From an uncultured Nitrospinota bacterium (GTDB lineage Bacteria; Tectomicrobia; Entotheonellia; J063; CAVPRW01): a stretch of DNA of 64,000 bases. The stretch is taken from the NCBI GenBank assembly GCA_963707985.1, contig CAVPRW010000010.1, positions 64,001-128,000 on the forward strand, written 5' to 3'. Positions 24,292-35,556 of the stretch are shown piece by piece. A program made the translations under genes and the position numbers. Each line of letters opens with the position of its first letter. The first letter of the stretch is position 1. Below the pieces are notes generated by a model. That model saw only the letters and a program-made list of their open reading frames with translations, was not told where the DNA came from and did not search any database.

Positions 24292-26199
24292 CTATGCTGG
24301 GGAGGTTGCCGGGGAGGCCCCCAGCAAGGCACGTAGCTCTTCTCCCTCGACCACCTCTTTATCCAGTAGGCGCCGGGCGAGACGCTCGAGATCGTCGCGC
24401 CGCTTGGTCAGGAGATCGCGCACACGTGCATAGGTCTCGTGGATGATGCGTGCCACTTCCTGGTCGATCTCACGAGCGGTCGCCTCGCTGTACTCCTTTG
24501 GAGCCGTTAAGCTACCGTCGAGAAACACCGACCCACGCTTAGCTTCGAAGGCCAAGGGGCCAAACTTGGGGCTCATCCCATACTCGATCACCATGCGCCG
24601 GGCGATGTCAGTCGCGCGGGTCAGATCATTATGGGCACCGGTGGAAACTTCATCGAAGACGAGTTCTTCCGCTACTCGGCCACCGAAGAGGACGGCGAGC
24701 TTGTCCAGTAACTCCGAGCGTGTCATCAAATAGCGGTCTTCGGTGGGGAGCTGCAACGTATAGCCGAGCGCCGCGATGCCACGCGGGACGATCGAGATGC
24801 GATGCACCGGGTCGGCATTAGGCAGGCTAGCGGCCACCAGTGCGTGGCCTGACTCGTGATAGGCAACGATTTCTTTCTCTTTGTCGCTGAGGAGACGATT
24901 TTTCTTCTCCAGCCCCGCCACAACACGGTCGATGGCCTCTTCGAAGTCCTCCATCTCCACCGCATCTTTATCCTTCCGCGCCGCTAACAGCGCCGCTTCG
25001 TTCACCACGTTCGCGAGGTCGGCCCCGACAAATCCCGGCGTGCGCTGAGCGATAGTACGCAGATCGACTTTAGGACTCAAGCGCACTTGCTGGGCATGCA
25101 ATCGTAAAATGGCTTCGCGGCCGTTCAGGTCAGGCCGATCGACTAGTACCTGGCGATCGAACCGACCCGGTCGAAGGAGGGCTGAATCAAGAATCTCCGG
25201 ACGGTTCGTCGCCGCCAGAATGATCACCCCCTTACGTGAATCAAAGCCATCCATCTCGACCAGCAGTTGATTGAGCGTCTGCTCTCGTTCGTCATGCCCG
25301 ACCAGCGGATTGGCTCCGCGAGCTTTGCCAAGGGCGTCCAACTCGTCAATGAAGACAATGCATGGCGCAATGGAAGCCGCTTGCGCAAACAGATCGCGCA
25401 CGCGCGACGCTCCGACGCCGACGAACATCTCGACGAATTCCGACCCATTGATCGAGAAAAATGGCACCTTGGCCTCACCGGCCACAGCCCGCGCCAGTAA
25501 CGTCTTCCCGGTGCCGGGCGGACCGACGAGCAAAACCCCCTTGGGGATTTTCCCCCCAAGGCGTTGGAACTTCTTGGGATGACGCAGAAACTCGACGATT
25601 TCTACCAGTTCATCCTTCGCCTCCTGCACCCCCGCTACATCGTTGAACGTCACCTTGACCTCGTTCTCACCGTAGATCTTGGCCTTGCTCCGGCCGATGG
25701 TCATCACCGTGCCGCCCGGGCTCATGCGCCGGAAAATCAGACTCCAGATCCCAAAGAAAATGAGGATCGGCACCACCCACGACAGCAGCGTGGTGAGCCA
25801 CGTGCTTTCATAGCGGCCGGAATACTTGACCCCATGCTGCTCGAGGTCATTCACCAAATCGGGGTCTTGAACGCGAATGGTGAGAAAGAGCCGGGTGCCA
25901 CCAAGCGCCCCCTCTTGCCCCTCTTTGACGACGCCCCGAATATCATCTTGGCTGAGGGTCACGCTTTCGATTTTGCCGTTGCGGAGGAGATCTTTGAACT
26001 CGCTATAGGGGATGCGATTGATTGTTTCAGCTAGGAAGATGTTCTGGATGAGGATCATGAGCAGCAAGGCCACGATGAAATAGCCCAGCGAGAACCGCGC
26101 GCGCATGGGCATCTTTTTGCGGGGTCGACGCTGCCGGCTCTGGAGACCTAGGGTGTCCTTGAGCTCATCGAGCCAGGATCGCTTCTCTTCATCACGCAT
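24292..26199 (-). CDS. ftsH: ATP-dependent zinc metalloprotease FtsH
   Basis: Two TMs, [22 protein letters not shown]. Confidence 0.97.
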   Translation of the reverse strand: MRDEEKRSWLDELKDTLGLQSRQRRPRKKMPMRARFSLGYFIVALLLMILIQNIFLAETINRIPYSEFKDLLRNGKIESVTLSQDDIRGVVKEGQEGALGGTRLFLTIRVQDPDLVNDLEQHGVKYSGRYESTWLTTLLSWVVPILIFFGIWSLIFRRMSPGGTVMTIGRSKAKIYGENEVKVTFNDVAGVQEAKDELVEIVEFLRHPKKFQRLGGKIPKGVLLVGPPGTGKTLLARAVAGEAKVPFFSINGSEFVEMFVGVGASRVRDLFAQAASIAPCIVFIDELDALGKARGANPLVGHDEREQTLNQLLVEMDGFDSRKGVIILAATNRPEILDSALLRPGRFDRQVLVDRPDLNGREAILRLHAQQVRLSPKVDLRTIAQRTPGFVGADLANVVNEAALLAARKDKDAVEMEDFEEAIDRVVAGLEKKNRLLSDKEKEIVAYHESGHALVAASLPNADPVHRISIVPRGIAALGYTLQLPTEDRYLMTRSELLDKLAVLFGGRVAEELVFDEVSTGAHNDLTRATDIARRMVIEYGMSPKFGPLAFEAKRGSVFLDGSLTAPKEYSEATAREIDQEVARIIHETYARVRDLLTKRRDDLERLARRLLDKEVVEGEELRALLGASPATSPA

Positions 26200-26236
26200 C
26201 TCCGGATCGCCGCGTCCTGCCTCGGCGAAAATCCGA

Positions 26237-26761
26237 TTATATCTCAGCGTCCTCACCATCCCCGAAATCCTCCGGCTTTACATCTCTCAGCCAATCCTGC
26301 AGTTCATCAGGGCTCCCCTCCTGTTGGGTCGACTGAATGGTCAGCCCCATGGCCTCAGCATTCTCCAACACTTCGTCCATCACATAGATGGGCGCCTGTA
26401 CCTTCAGTGCTAAGGCGATCGCATCGCTGGGCCGCGCATCGGCGACCACTTGGGCCTGATCGACATGCATAAAGATGTTGGCATAAAAGGTGTCGTCCTT
26501 GAAGGTATCGATCACCACCCGCTCCACATTGACCTGCAGCCCATCGAGGACGTTCTTGAAGAGGTCGTAGACCATGGGTCGAGGAGAGGGGTAACGATTG
26601 AGCTCCCGAAAGATCGCCAGCGCCTCCGGCACGCCAATGAGTAGAGGCAGCGCGCGCTTGCCGCTCTCATCGACCAAGGTGATCACCGCTGCGCCTTTTG
26701 ACTGGTCAAAGACGACCATTCCAATTTTCATCCGGTGCATCGTCTGAGAGTCTCCGCTCAC
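26237..26761 (-). CDS. Bifunctional nuclease family protein (DUF151)
   Basis: [33 protein letters not shown]. Confidence 0.9.
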   Translation of the reverse strand: MSGDSQTMHRMKIGMVVFDQSKGAAVITLVDESGKRALPLLIGVPEALAIFRELNRYPSPRPMVYDLFKNVLDGLQVNVERVVIDTFKDDTFYANIFMHVDQAQVVADARPSDAIALALKVQAPIYVMDEVLENAEAMGLTIQSTQQEGSPDELQDWLRDVKPEDFGDGEDAEI

Positions 26762-26776
26762 ATGTCGCCCCTCGCG

Positions 26777-27808
26777 CTATGGTTGCGATTGCTCTATGGC
26801 TTCACGATTGAGCCGATATACCGCCGATGTACTCGCGACCAGCAGATGTCCCAGCGAATCCAGCGCCAGCCCAACGAGGTTGACGCCGCTCACGACATGG
26901 CGCACCTCGCCTTGCGGGGTAATTGTCAAAATGCCCGCATCGCCCCGATAGTATGCGATCACGTATAGATTATCCTGGGGATCGAAGGCCAAGCCTTGGG
27001 GACGCCCAAGATCGGTGGCAAACGCCTGTATCTCACCTTCCGGTGTGATCCGGTGAATGGCGTCATAGCCAGACATCGAGGGGTTGGTGACATACAAATT
27101 GCCCTGGTGATCGAAGGCTAAGTGAAAGGCTGCCACGCTGGCCGCAAGGGTGGCGAAGGCGGTCGGGCTCCCTTGGTGGTTCACCCGGTAGATGGTCCCC
27201 TCACGATCCCCCACGTACAGGTACCCGTGGGGATCAAAGGCGATTCCCGTGGCGACTCCCAAATCACGCGCGAACACGCTGGAGGTCCCCTCAGCCGTGA
27301 CGCGGTACACCTTCCCATCAAAACGGCTGGAAATGTACATCTCGCCATCCGGACCGAACGCCATCCCAGTAGGATTGACGATATCGTGCACGAACGGCGT
27401 GAGAATGCCGCGCGGGCTGATCTTATACACCGATACCGGGACTTTTTGTCCTCGGGATCCACTCAAGGTGACGAAGAGATTCCCCTCTGCATCGATGGCG
27501 GGATTCGACACTGGGTGCAGGTTTTGCGCCATACGCGAGCCGATCTCGCAAGGAATTCCGTTGCTGACATGGCCATTGGTTTCGAGCGTGACCATGCCGC
27601 TCATCGCTCCAACCGGGACTCTGGCGATGAGCAGGTTGTCACGGGCTAAGTCTGGGCGCGTTGCCACACCCCCAATGCGCAAGCGTGACCCGCTGAATGC
27701 CCCCATGTCCAGGTGACGACAGGCAATCGTAATACGTCCACCTTCGATTGCCGCCTGTGGTTGCATGTTCAGGAGGGTCACACCCTCGGACTGATGCTCG
27801 GTAGTCAT
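26777..27808 (-). CDS. IPT/TIG-like domain + SMP-30/gluconolactonase-like beta-propeller
   Basis: N-terminal Ig-like PQAAIEGGRITI; repeated P.G.AFD..G.LYV blades. Confidence 0.75.
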   Translation of the reverse strand: MTTEHQSEGVTLLNMQPQAAIEGGRITIACRHLDMGAFSGSRLRIGGVATRPDLARDNLLIARVPVGAMSGMVTLETNGHVSNGIPCEIGSRMAQNLHPVSNPAIDAEGNLFVTLSGSRGQKVPVSVYKISPRGILTPFVHDIVNPTGMAFGPDGEMYISSRFDGKVYRVTAEGTSSVFARDLGVATGIAFDPHGYLYVGDREGTIYRVNHQGSPTAFATLAASVAAFHLAFDHQGNLYVTNPSMSGYDAIHRITPEGEIQAFATDLGRPQGLAFDPQDNLYVIAYYRGDAGILTITPQGEVRHVVSGVNLVGLALDSLGHLLVASTSAVYRLNREAIEQSQP

Positions 27809-27908
27809 TCATGACCTCAAATGTCTTCAGTCGTCTCTTCGCCCACCCAAACCGTTCACCATTCAGCCATTGTCAACAATCAACCCGGCCATTCGCCGGC
27901 TTCAGCCC

Positions 27909-28187
27909 TCAAAAGCCAAGACGCTTTTTCGTCTCTTCCTCATAAAGTTTCTGGTACATGACATCCCACTCGCGGTTGCCCTCGGTGATCTTACGCGAGT
28001 ATGAGGCGAGCCTGCGCCGCACTTCTGCGTCGACAACCTCTTCGATCTTGAGCTCATCGGTCAGTGTCTTGACGATCTGTAAGCGCACATCGTTTTCCGC
28101 CTTGAGAAATGTCACGCTGCCCGCTTTCTGGAAGGCCTTGACGATGAGGTGAGAGAGAGAATTGATCTTGGGGCGACTAAGGCTCAT
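27909..28187 (-). CDS. DUF507 family protein
   Basis: MSLSRPKINSLSH..E.VDAEVRRRLASY..EWDVMYQK. Confidence 0.75.
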   Translation of the reverse strand: MSLSRPKINSLSHLIVKAFQKAGSVTFLKAENDVRLQIVKTLTDELKIEEVVDAEVRRRLASYSRKITEGNREWDVMYQKLYEEETKKRLGF

Positions 28188-28231
28188 CAACGACATCCTC
28201 GGACGCGGCCCGCCACGGACGGCGCCGGCGA

Positions 28232-28513
28232 TCAAAGAATGAGACCGCGTTCCTGTACGAGTTTCCGCTTCACCATGGTGAACATCTTGTGGTAATCGGC
28301 CTCACCTTTATTGAATTCGTTGCTAAAGGCGCGTAAAAGCTCCTTCACTTCGTCATTCAGACGGTCCTCAACCTGTAAGTCTTCGGTGATGACCTCGCGA
28401 ATCAACTCCTCCACCTTCTCGCCGTCGCCCACCATCTGAACGCATCCCTTGGTCCTCAAATCACGTGCAATTGCCTGAGCCAGATACTGGATCATCTCTC
28501 GCCGCAAACGCAT
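28232..28513 (-). CDS. DUF507 family protein
   Basis: MRLRREMI..EDRLNDEVKELL..MFTMVKRKLVQERGLIL. Confidence 0.8.
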   Translation of the reverse strand: MRLRREMIQYLAQAIARDLRTKGCVQMVGDGEKVEELIREVITEDLQVEDRLNDEVKELLRAFSNEFNKGEADYHKMFTMVKRKLVQERGLIL

Positions 28514-28995
28514 GTCGCATCGCTCCGACGGCGTGCCCCTAGCTGAGCTCCTCATGGAGCTGAAGGGGGGAAATGTGTCTCATTCCGACTGACCCGCCTT
28601 GCAGCAGCACAACCGTGACTCATCGCCTCGATCTTCCGGCTACCATGCTGATCTTACCACGCCTGCCAATCAAGCTGCAACCGTTGTTTACGACAACCTC
28701 TTTTCCGTGTCGCAGTCAGGGGACTCCTGGGCGTTTCTTCGGTCGGCATCCGAGGTGCCTTATGCGCTGTCACACGCATTGACAGCGGACATACACCCAT
28801 GCCATACTCAGGCTATGGTGATCAGTGCTGATCATCATGGGAGGCCGGGGTTCTACCGTTACCGGGGCTGTGACACCAGAAACTGGTGCGGCGGTGACCC
28901 TGGTCGTCGGCCTGTCGGTTGGTCACGCGGCTCAGGGAGTTGACCATGCCAGCCTCGGCGCAACACTGGCATGCCTAGAAGGGGAGTGGACGATC

Positions 28996-29784
28996 ATGCA
29001 ACAGGCGTTGGCAGTGGCCATCGATGCGGCCCAGGCAGCAGGACGCGCCATTCGTGACCTCTATGGCCGTGACCTTACCATCACACAGAAAGGGGAATCC
29101 GGGCCGGTCACCGAAGCCGACCTGGCATCCAATGCCTGCATCCATGGGATACTGCGGCAGGCGTTTCCGAATGATGGGTGGCTATCGGAGGAAACCGTCG
29201 ATCGGCCCGATCGACTAGCGAAGTCGCGTGTATGGATTGTCGATCCGCTCGATGGTACATGGGAGTTCACCACGGGCGTACCGGAGTTCGTGGTGTCCAT
29301 TGGTCTGGTAGTCGACGGCGTGGCGGTGCTCGGGGTCCTCTACAATCCGATCACGGAGGAGACCTTCAGCGGTTGTCACGGCGAGGGGGCATGGTTGAAC
29401 GGTGCGCCTATGGTCGTGTCACCGACGACGGACCTGGCCACCAGCACATTCTGCGTCAGCCGCACTGAGTCTGGGAAGGGGTTATTGCAAGCGCTGGATA
29501 AACGTCTCAACCTCGAGCCGAAGGGCTCCATCGCTTATAAATGCGGCTTGGTAGCAAAGGGACGTTATGCCGGGGTGTTCACTTGCAACCCCCGTAACGA
29601 GTGGGATATTTGCGCTGGGGTGGCAATCATCGAAGCCGCTGGTGGGCACGTCACCGATCGGCAGGGCGAGCCCTATCGCTTTAATCAACCGGATCCTCTC
29701 AAAAAACCGTTGGTCGGCACGAACACTCATGTGCATGCAGCACTGCTGGCCATTCTTCATGAGTCAGGAGAACACCCACGCTAG
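28996..29784 (+). CDS. Inositol monophosphatase family / CysQ-like 3'(2'),5'-bisphosphate nucleotidase
   Basis: VTEAD, SEE, WIVDPLDGT, EWDICAG. Confidence 0.88.
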   Translation: MQQALAVAIDAAQAAGRAIRDLYGRDLTITQKGESGPVTEADLASNACIHGILRQAFPNDGWLSEETVDRPDRLAKSRVWIVDPLDGTWEFTTGVPEFVVSIGLVVDGVAVLGVLYNPITEETFSGCHGEGAWLNGAPMVVSPTTDLATSTFCVSRTESGKGLLQALDKRLNLEPKGSIAYKCGLVAKGRYAGVFTCNPRNEWDICAGVAIIEAAGGHVTDRQGEPYRFNQPDPLKKPLVGTNTHVHAALLAILHESGEHPR

Positions 29785-30188
29785 ATGCCCCGCTCCCACA
29801 TCTCCGTCAGCTCGCGATAGGTGAACGTGAGCTCCAGACCTTCGCCAATGATGCGCACCTGCGCGTCGCTCAAAGCCGCCGTATGCCAGAGTTGCTGCAG
29901 CTTGCTCTCGACATAGGCCAGGCGCTCACGCAGGTAATCAACCTCGCGGGCCACGTATTGCTCGAATTCGATGGCCGTCAAGGCCCGCGGATGCTGATAT
30001 AAGTGGGTATAACGTATTTTGTCCGCCAGCGCCAGATGACTCTGCAGCAGGTGAATCTTGGCCTGATAATAGTGGGCCCAGAGCCACAGACTGACACCGG
30101 CGGAGTTTTGTGGATTCTCCACATATTCCACGATGGCCTGTGCTTGCCCGACGTTCATGGGTAGCGGTGGTGTTGATCCCTCCGGCAT
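29781..30188 (-). CDS. Hypothetical protein
   Basis: 135-aa ORF with AAGGAG RBS, in operon-like arrangement after the PHP gene. Confidence 0.65.
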   Translation of the reverse strand: MPEGSTPPLPMNVGQAQAIVEYVENPQNSAGVSLWLWAHYYQAKIHLLQSHLALADKIRYTHLYQHPRALTAIEFEQYVAREVDYLRERLAYVESKLQQLWHTAALSDAQVRIIGEGLELTFTYRELTEMWERGI

Positions 30189-30231
30189 GGTCTCCTTCTC
30201 CTTGACGCTTCGATACCGGCATCACTAGGCC

Positions 30232-31488
30232 TCATCCCAGTTGTGCCAGGATGGCAGCATGGACGAGCTCGTGGGCCAGGCGTTCCAACGGTGTCTGCCG
30301 AAACCGCTCAGATGAAATCCTCCGCGTCTGGTAGAACCCCTCATGCTGTTCCACACTCGCTGTTTCCCACGGCAAGCCAACAACGCGCAGGCCGCGTGTG
30401 GCGCCCTCCTCGACGATGGCACCGAGCTGGCGGGCGTCGACCGTAGGAAGCTCGACCACCCATGAGGTTGTTTCGGTGCCAACACGGTCAAGAGCGGTAG
30501 TGATCTGTGCTGGAGGGGATCCACGCACCGACGGCAGTTGGTAATGTGTCTCAACCGCCCGTTGTATGGCTGCAGCAGCAGCGGACGGCCATTGTACCAG
30601 GAGCAATAGTGTCGGATAATTGGCGAAATAGGTCCGGCGCAAGCGCACGGCAAAGCCGTAGGGGAGCTGCAGGCTGCCAAGTTTGCCGCCGCTGTCGGCC
30701 GGTGTGGTTTTGGTCTTGAAGCCATGATAATCCGAGCCACCTGTGATCATCAAGCCCAGTTGGTTGGCCAGACGGATGAAATAGAGCTGCTCCTCAGCGT
30801 CATGATGGCTGTGGTAGGCCTCTACGCCATTGAGGCCTAAGGCGCTGAGCTCCTGAATAACCTGTTGGAGTCGCACGCGATCCGGGGTAATGAAGCGCGG
30901 GTGTGCCACCGAGGACAGCCCGCGAGCCTGGCGCACGAGTGCCATCGCCTCGTCGGCTGGCATGAAGAATTTCGCAACATTGCAGGGGATGAGATACTCC
31001 GTGAACGCCGTGTTCATATCCGGCACGTACCCATGATCGATCAGCGCCGTAGCGATATGTGGCCGGCCGAATGCGCCCTGCACCTGCACCTTCACGGTAT
31101 CATAGTCGATAGGCTCGCGTCCCTCCTGAACGAGCTTGATGTTGATGCGCTCGAGAATGCGTTCGGCACGCGTTTCACGGGCGACACGGAAGCTTTCGAG
31201 TCGTGCCCGCAGGTGTGGGTCATGCCAGGCGAAATAGTAGGCCAGGAGGTGGATGTCCTCGAATTCGGCGTGCGTAATACTGAGCTCGATGCCTGGGATG
31301 ATCTCGATGCCCGCCGTGTCCCCCACCTCCAGCGCCTCATCGATGCCACCGACATGATCGTGGTCGGTGACGGAGAGCGTGCGCACACCGTTGGTCCTGG
31401 CCAGGTGCACCAGCTCAGCAGGCGTCAGGCTCCCGTCGGAAAACAACGTATGGGAATGCAGATCGACCGACCACAGATTAGGCGCCAT
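30232..31488 (-). CDS. PHP-domain phosphoesterase (TrpH/YciV-like) with C-terminal extension
   Basis: DLHSHT..SDG, TDHD, GRPHIA, AHP, GGSDYHG. Confidence 0.88.
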   Translation of the reverse strand: MAPNLWSVDLHSHTLFSDGSLTPAELVHLARTNGVRTLSVTDHDHVGGIDEALEVGDTAGIEIIPGIELSITHAEFEDIHLLAYYFAWHDPHLRARLESFRVARETRAERILERINIKLVQEGREPIDYDTVKVQVQGAFGRPHIATALIDHGYVPDMNTAFTEYLIPCNVAKFFMPADEAMALVRQARGLSSVAHPRFITPDRVRLQQVIQELSALGLNGVEAYHSHHDAEEQLYFIRLANQLGLMITGGSDYHGFKTKTTPADSGGKLGSLQLPYGFAVRLRRTYFANYPTLLLLVQWPSAAAAAIQRAVETHYQLPSVRGSPPAQITTALDRVGTETTSWVVELPTVDARQLGAIVEEGATRGLRVVGLPWETASVEQHEGFYQTRRISSERFRQTPLERLAHELVHAAILAQLG

Positions 31489-32614
31489 GAGACGCTCTCC
31501 TCATTGCCTGGGGACTGGACTGTGCCCCAATGCTTGCTGCCAACGCTAAGTGCTCAGGACCGCCGATGCATGCCAGGGATGCAGGGTGCGCGACTGCCTG
31601 GAACTGACGATGACGCTGTGACTTGAGCGTGAGAATTCTGGCCACGGCCCGATCCACCAGGGATTCGGCCAACTCACCGCGCTGCACGGCGCTAAGGAGA
31701 CGAGCGTATGCCTGCTCCTGCCGCTCGCGCTGATGGCAGATGAGCAGCAGATCAACTCCAGCGCGTAAAGCCTGCACTGGGACCTCTTCCCATGGCATGG
31801 TCTCCGAGACCGCCGCCATGCCCAAGTCGTCGCTGATAATGACTCCTTGAAAGCCAACCTGTACACGTAGGATGCCCGTGAGAATTGCCGACGACAGAGT
31901 CGCTGGGAGGTCTGCATCCCAGGCTTTGTATATGACATGGGCGGTCATGATGGCCTCGAGACCAGCTGCTATCGCTGCATGAAAGGGCAGGAGCTCACAG
32001 GCGTTCAGCTGGACAACGGTGCGTTCGCACACCGGCAGGGCCACATGGGAGTCGAGCAACGTGTCCCCATGGCCGGGGAAATGCTTGCCGACGGCGATGA
32101 CGCCGGCCGCGTGCAGACCACGCATCAAGGCTGTCCCGAGGCGCGCCACCGTGTGCGGGTCAGTGCTGAAGGCGCGATCGCCAATGACCGTATTGTCTGG
32201 GTTGGAGTGCACATCCAGGACAGGTGCCATATCCATTGTGATGCCGACGGCAGACAACTCGGTCGCGAGGGCTCTACCGACGTTGCAGGTAAGCTCCTCC
32301 GAGCCGGTCTGGCCCACCATGGCTGCACTAGGAAAGGCGGTGAAAGGGGCCTTGAGACGTGCCACCCGTCCGCCTTCCTGATCGACAGCGATGAGTAAAG
32401 GCGGATGGCCGCGAGCGCGCACCGCCGTCTGTAGACCCTGGGTCAGCGCAAGCAACTGGGCTGGCGAACCGACATTGCGGCCAAAGATGATCACCCCGCC
32501 CCAGCCATAGGTCGCCAGCCACACCTCGAGCTCGGACGTCATCGCCATCCCCTCAAAGCCAACGACAAAGAGCTGACCAATCTTTTCCGCCAGCGACATG
32601 GACACTTCAGCCAT
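31478..32614 (-). CDS. nagZ: Beta-N-acetylhexosaminidase (GH3)
   Basis: DQEGGRVAR, KHFPGHG..DSH, SDDLGM. Confidence 0.93.
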   Translation of the reverse strand: MAEVSMSLAEKIGQLFVVGFEGMAMTSELEVWLATYGWGGVIIFGRNVGSPAQLLALTQGLQTAVRARGHPPLLIAVDQEGGRVARLKAPFTAFPSAAMVGQTGSEELTCNVGRALATELSAVGITMDMAPVLDVHSNPDNTVIGDRAFSTDPHTVARLGTALMRGLHAAGVIAVGKHFPGHGDTLLDSHVALPVCERTVVQLNACELLPFHAAIAAGLEAIMTAHVIYKAWDADLPATLSSAILTGILRVQVGFQGVIISDDLGMAAVSETMPWEEVPVQALRAGVDLLLICHQRERQEQAYARLLSAVQRGELAESLVDRAVARILTLKSQRHRQFQAVAHPASLACIGGPEHLALAASIGAQSSPQAMRRASHGA

Positions 32615-32951
32615 GGTAGCCGATCTCCGACGTGCTGTAGGTACTCGCACCCATATTCCTAGCGCTTCAGCGCTACGAAGAGATCAGAGAGCTTTGTTGT
32701 TCCACCCCTGCCGTGTGATATCGTGCGCCAGGCGCGTAGCGCCCGGATGGCCGATACGGACTTTACGCGCCGCAGTTGAGGATATCACCATTTGGGTATT
32801 CATGTGGGCCTGTTTGTCTGCATCAATGGCGAACTCCGGGAAAGTCTAGCACTGAGGATCGAGAGCCGTGACTATGTATTGACTCGTAATCTCTACCTTC
32901 CTCGGCGGAGCCTTGCGGGCCGGCTCTGCATGACGAAAGACGCTGGCCAGG

Positions 32952-34145
32952 TCACACCCGATGGCCAAAATCCTCGGGCAAGACGTATTCATATGGACCA
33001 CAGATCGGCTGGTCTTCTTGAAAGCGGCTGAAGCGAAAGGGGGTGATGTCGACGAACGTCGCTTGCCCTTGTGTGATCAATTCGGCCATGCAGGCCCCTA
33101 CCGCTGGAGAAATTTTAAAACCGGTGCCGCTGAAACCTGCTGCCAGATACAACCCCTCAATCCCCGGAGCACGATCGAGGATAGCACGCGAATCGGGGCT
33201 GACGTCGTAGATCCCCGCATGCCCTCGTTCGTATTCGGCCTGTTGCAAGGCTGGAATACGACGTGCGGCTTTGGCCTTGGCCGCTGGGATGAAGTCGGCA
33301 TCGTTGGCTTCGTTATAGTGATCGGGGTCAGGGGGCGGCTCGGGCCGCCAGCTGCCGACTCCAATCAAGCTCAAGCCTGAGCCATGGGGCCGGAAATAGG
33401 CACCCACGGCAGCATCGATGAACACCATATGTCCCTGTGCCAACGGCGGTGGTCGATGATAGAACGCGATCTGCGCCCGCTGCGGTGTGAGGGGCAAGTC
33501 GATAGCGACCATGCGTAGCAACCGATCCGACCATGGGCCTGCCATGACGACGACGACTGAGGCCTCGAAGTGGCCGTCGGTGGTGTCGACCCCAATGACG
33601 CGCCCACCCCTAGTACGGATGGCCGTGACGGCGACACCTTCACGCAAGGTCGCGCCCTGCCGCTGTGCTTGCTGCATGAACGCCGTGGCTGTGGCACGGG
33701 GGTCGGCATAGCCGCTTTCCGGCTCGTACGCGGCCACCGTGAGATCGTCGACCAGGGTAAACGGTTGCAGCTCACGCAGCTCTTGAGCGGTGAGCACCGA
33801 GGTCACGACGCCCAGCCGCTGCAGCATCTGCACGTTATGGCGCAGTCGATCAGCGTTATCGGGGGTCACGGTCATGATGAACCCTGTCTGGGTGAAGCCA
33901 CATGTGCCGCCCACCATATCCTGCCAGTGCTGAAAGTAACGCAGCGCGGCAAAGGCCATGCGCGCCTCGGGCTCATACGTGTAGTGCATGCGCACTAGGG
34001 CCCCGGACTTGGCGGTCATACCGCCGCACAATCCTGTTTTGTCCAGCACCGTGACAGACCTCATGCCGGCGCGGGTGAGGTGAAACGCTAGGCTGGCTCC
34101 CATCACCCCGGCGCCAATGATAATCGCCTCTGCGGTTCCTGGCAC
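32952..34145 (-). CDS. FAD-dependent oxidoreductase (sarcosine oxidase beta/DAO family)
   Basis: IIGAGVMG; GFSGTGFKISPAVG. Confidence 0.88.
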   Translation of the reverse strand: MPGTAEAIIIGAGVMGASLAFHLTRAGMRSVTVLDKTGLCGGMTAKSGALVRMHYTYEPEARMAFAALRYFQHWQDMVGGTCGFTQTGFIMTVTPDNADRLRHNVQMLQRLGVVTSVLTAQELRELQPFTLVDDLTVAAYEPESGYADPRATATAFMQQAQRQGATLREGVAVTAIRTRGGRVIGVDTTDGHFEASVVVVMAGPWSDRLLRMVAIDLPLTPQRAQIAFYHRPPPLAQGHMVFIDAAVGAYFRPHGSGLSLIGVGSWRPEPPPDPDHYNEANDADFIPAAKAKAARRIPALQQAEYERGHAGIYDVSPDSRAILDRAPGIEGLYLAAGFSGTGFKISPAVGACMAELITQGQATFVDITPFRFSRFQEDQPICGPYEYVLPEDFGHRV

Positions 34146-34315
34146 GGACTCCCTCCTTCACCACTTGCACCGTTAGACGGTTCCTGCAAGCTCCGACACC
34201 AGTCGTCCGACCGAGTGCGCGGCCTCACCGTCTCCCCTCTTTTCCTTCTATCAGAGTCCTCCCCACAAAGCAATCGAGCAGTTATAAAGCGATCAGTGGA
34301 AATGTCACGCCCCTC

Positions 34316-34350
34316 TTGACCGGTGAGCTGGTGATGTGTATATTCACATC
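34316..34350 (+). promoter_or_regulatory. Sigma70 promoter with overlapping palindromic operator
   Basis: TTGACC-N17-TATATT; the -10 box sits inside GATGTG-N6-CACATC (34333-34350). Confidence 0.6.
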
Positions 34351-34422
34351 TTAAATTACAATTGACGTTAAAATTAACAAAACAGAATTTTTTTCTTGCT
34401 TGTAGAAAAAGGAAGGTGTACG

Positions 34423-35406
34423 ATGCCTACTCGTATCTCGCGTGAGCACAAGGGAGACCTCCTCCTGGAATGTGCCCGGCTGCATTACATCGACAAATTG
34501 AACAAGACGGAGATTGCCGCCCGGTTACAAATTTCAGGTACCCATGTCGCACGTTTATTGCGCGAGGCGGAGGACGCTGGCATCGTCGAGATTTCCGTCA
34601 GATTGCCAGCGGATCATGACAAACTCGAAGCCGAGTTGCAAGAACGTTTTGGGCTCCTGGCCGTGAAAGTGGTCGATTTCAGCGATGACTATGAGCATTT
34701 GCTGAAAAACTTGGGGCGGGGCGGCGCAGCACTATTTGAGGAGATTTGCCAGATCCGCTGGGGTGTGCGGGTTGGCTTGGGGGGTGGAATCACCCTCTAC
34801 GAGGTGGTGGAAGCCCTGGAAACCAAGCCGAGGCAGATCGAGCTCTACCCCCTCACGCTGGTGGGGCGCGGACCGGAGCTCGAACACGTCGATAGCGTGT
34901 TTCTGGTCACAGCGTTGTACTTCAAGTCCAGGCCTGGGGCTAAAGCGTTCGTGGTAGGTGTGCCCCCACTCCCCCAGAGCCGACTGAAGGCCCAGAAGTT
35001 TACCGCTGATCTGCTCACCGAGGTCGATGAAGTGCGTGAAGTATATCAGGCAGCCCGAGATGTCGAAGTCGCCTTTGTTGGACTGAATGCCTTGCCACCT
35101 GACCGTGGCATGCTGAAGGAGTTCAGTAAGGTCGGCTTGGAGCTGAAAACCCTCAAGGCTAAAGGTGGGGTGGGGGTCATCAACTACAACAACTTCGATG
35201 GTCAGGGGCAACAGATCGGCGAATATTTCCTGTCCGTCTCCATCCAGGACCTTAAGGAGATGTCCAGGAGCGCTGAGAAAAATGTGGTACTGGTGTCGGG
35301 TGGATTGCACAAGTTTGAGGCAATTAAAGTGGCATTGGCGACCAGGATGTTCAATATGCTGGTCACCGATCAACGCACAGCACAGAAGCTAGCAACAATG
35401 CCCTAG
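34423..35406 (+). CDS. SorC/LsrR/DeoR(Bs)-family sugar-binding transcriptional regulator
   Basis: ARLHYIDKLNKTEIAARLQISGTHVARLL HTH; GLGGGITL; LVTD. Confidence 0.88.
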   Translation: MPTRISREHKGDLLLECARLHYIDKLNKTEIAARLQISGTHVARLLREAEDAGIVEISVRLPADHDKLEAELQERFGLLAVKVVDFSDDYEHLLKNLGRGGAALFEEICQIRWGVRVGLGGGITLYEVVEALETKPRQIELYPLTLVGRGPELEHVDSVFLVTALYFKSRPGAKAFVVGVPPLPQSRLKAQKFTADLLTEVDEVREVYQAARDVEVAFVGLNALPPDRGMLKEFSKVGLELKTLKAKGGVGVINYNNFDGQGQQIGEYFLSVSIQDLKEMSRSAEKNVVLVSGGLHKFEAIKVALATRMFNMLVTDQRTAQKLATMP

Positions 35407-35556
35407 CGCGATGTGGGGTGACCCCAGGCACAGCGTGTGCCTGGGTCGCGTGTCGGCGGGGCGATGAATGGTGATGGTCGGGCGTCTGTTGACGCCTGAC
35501 CGTGACGAATGCTCCATGACGGTGAGGTTGGAGCAAGCATAGGGGGGTGGGCGCTG

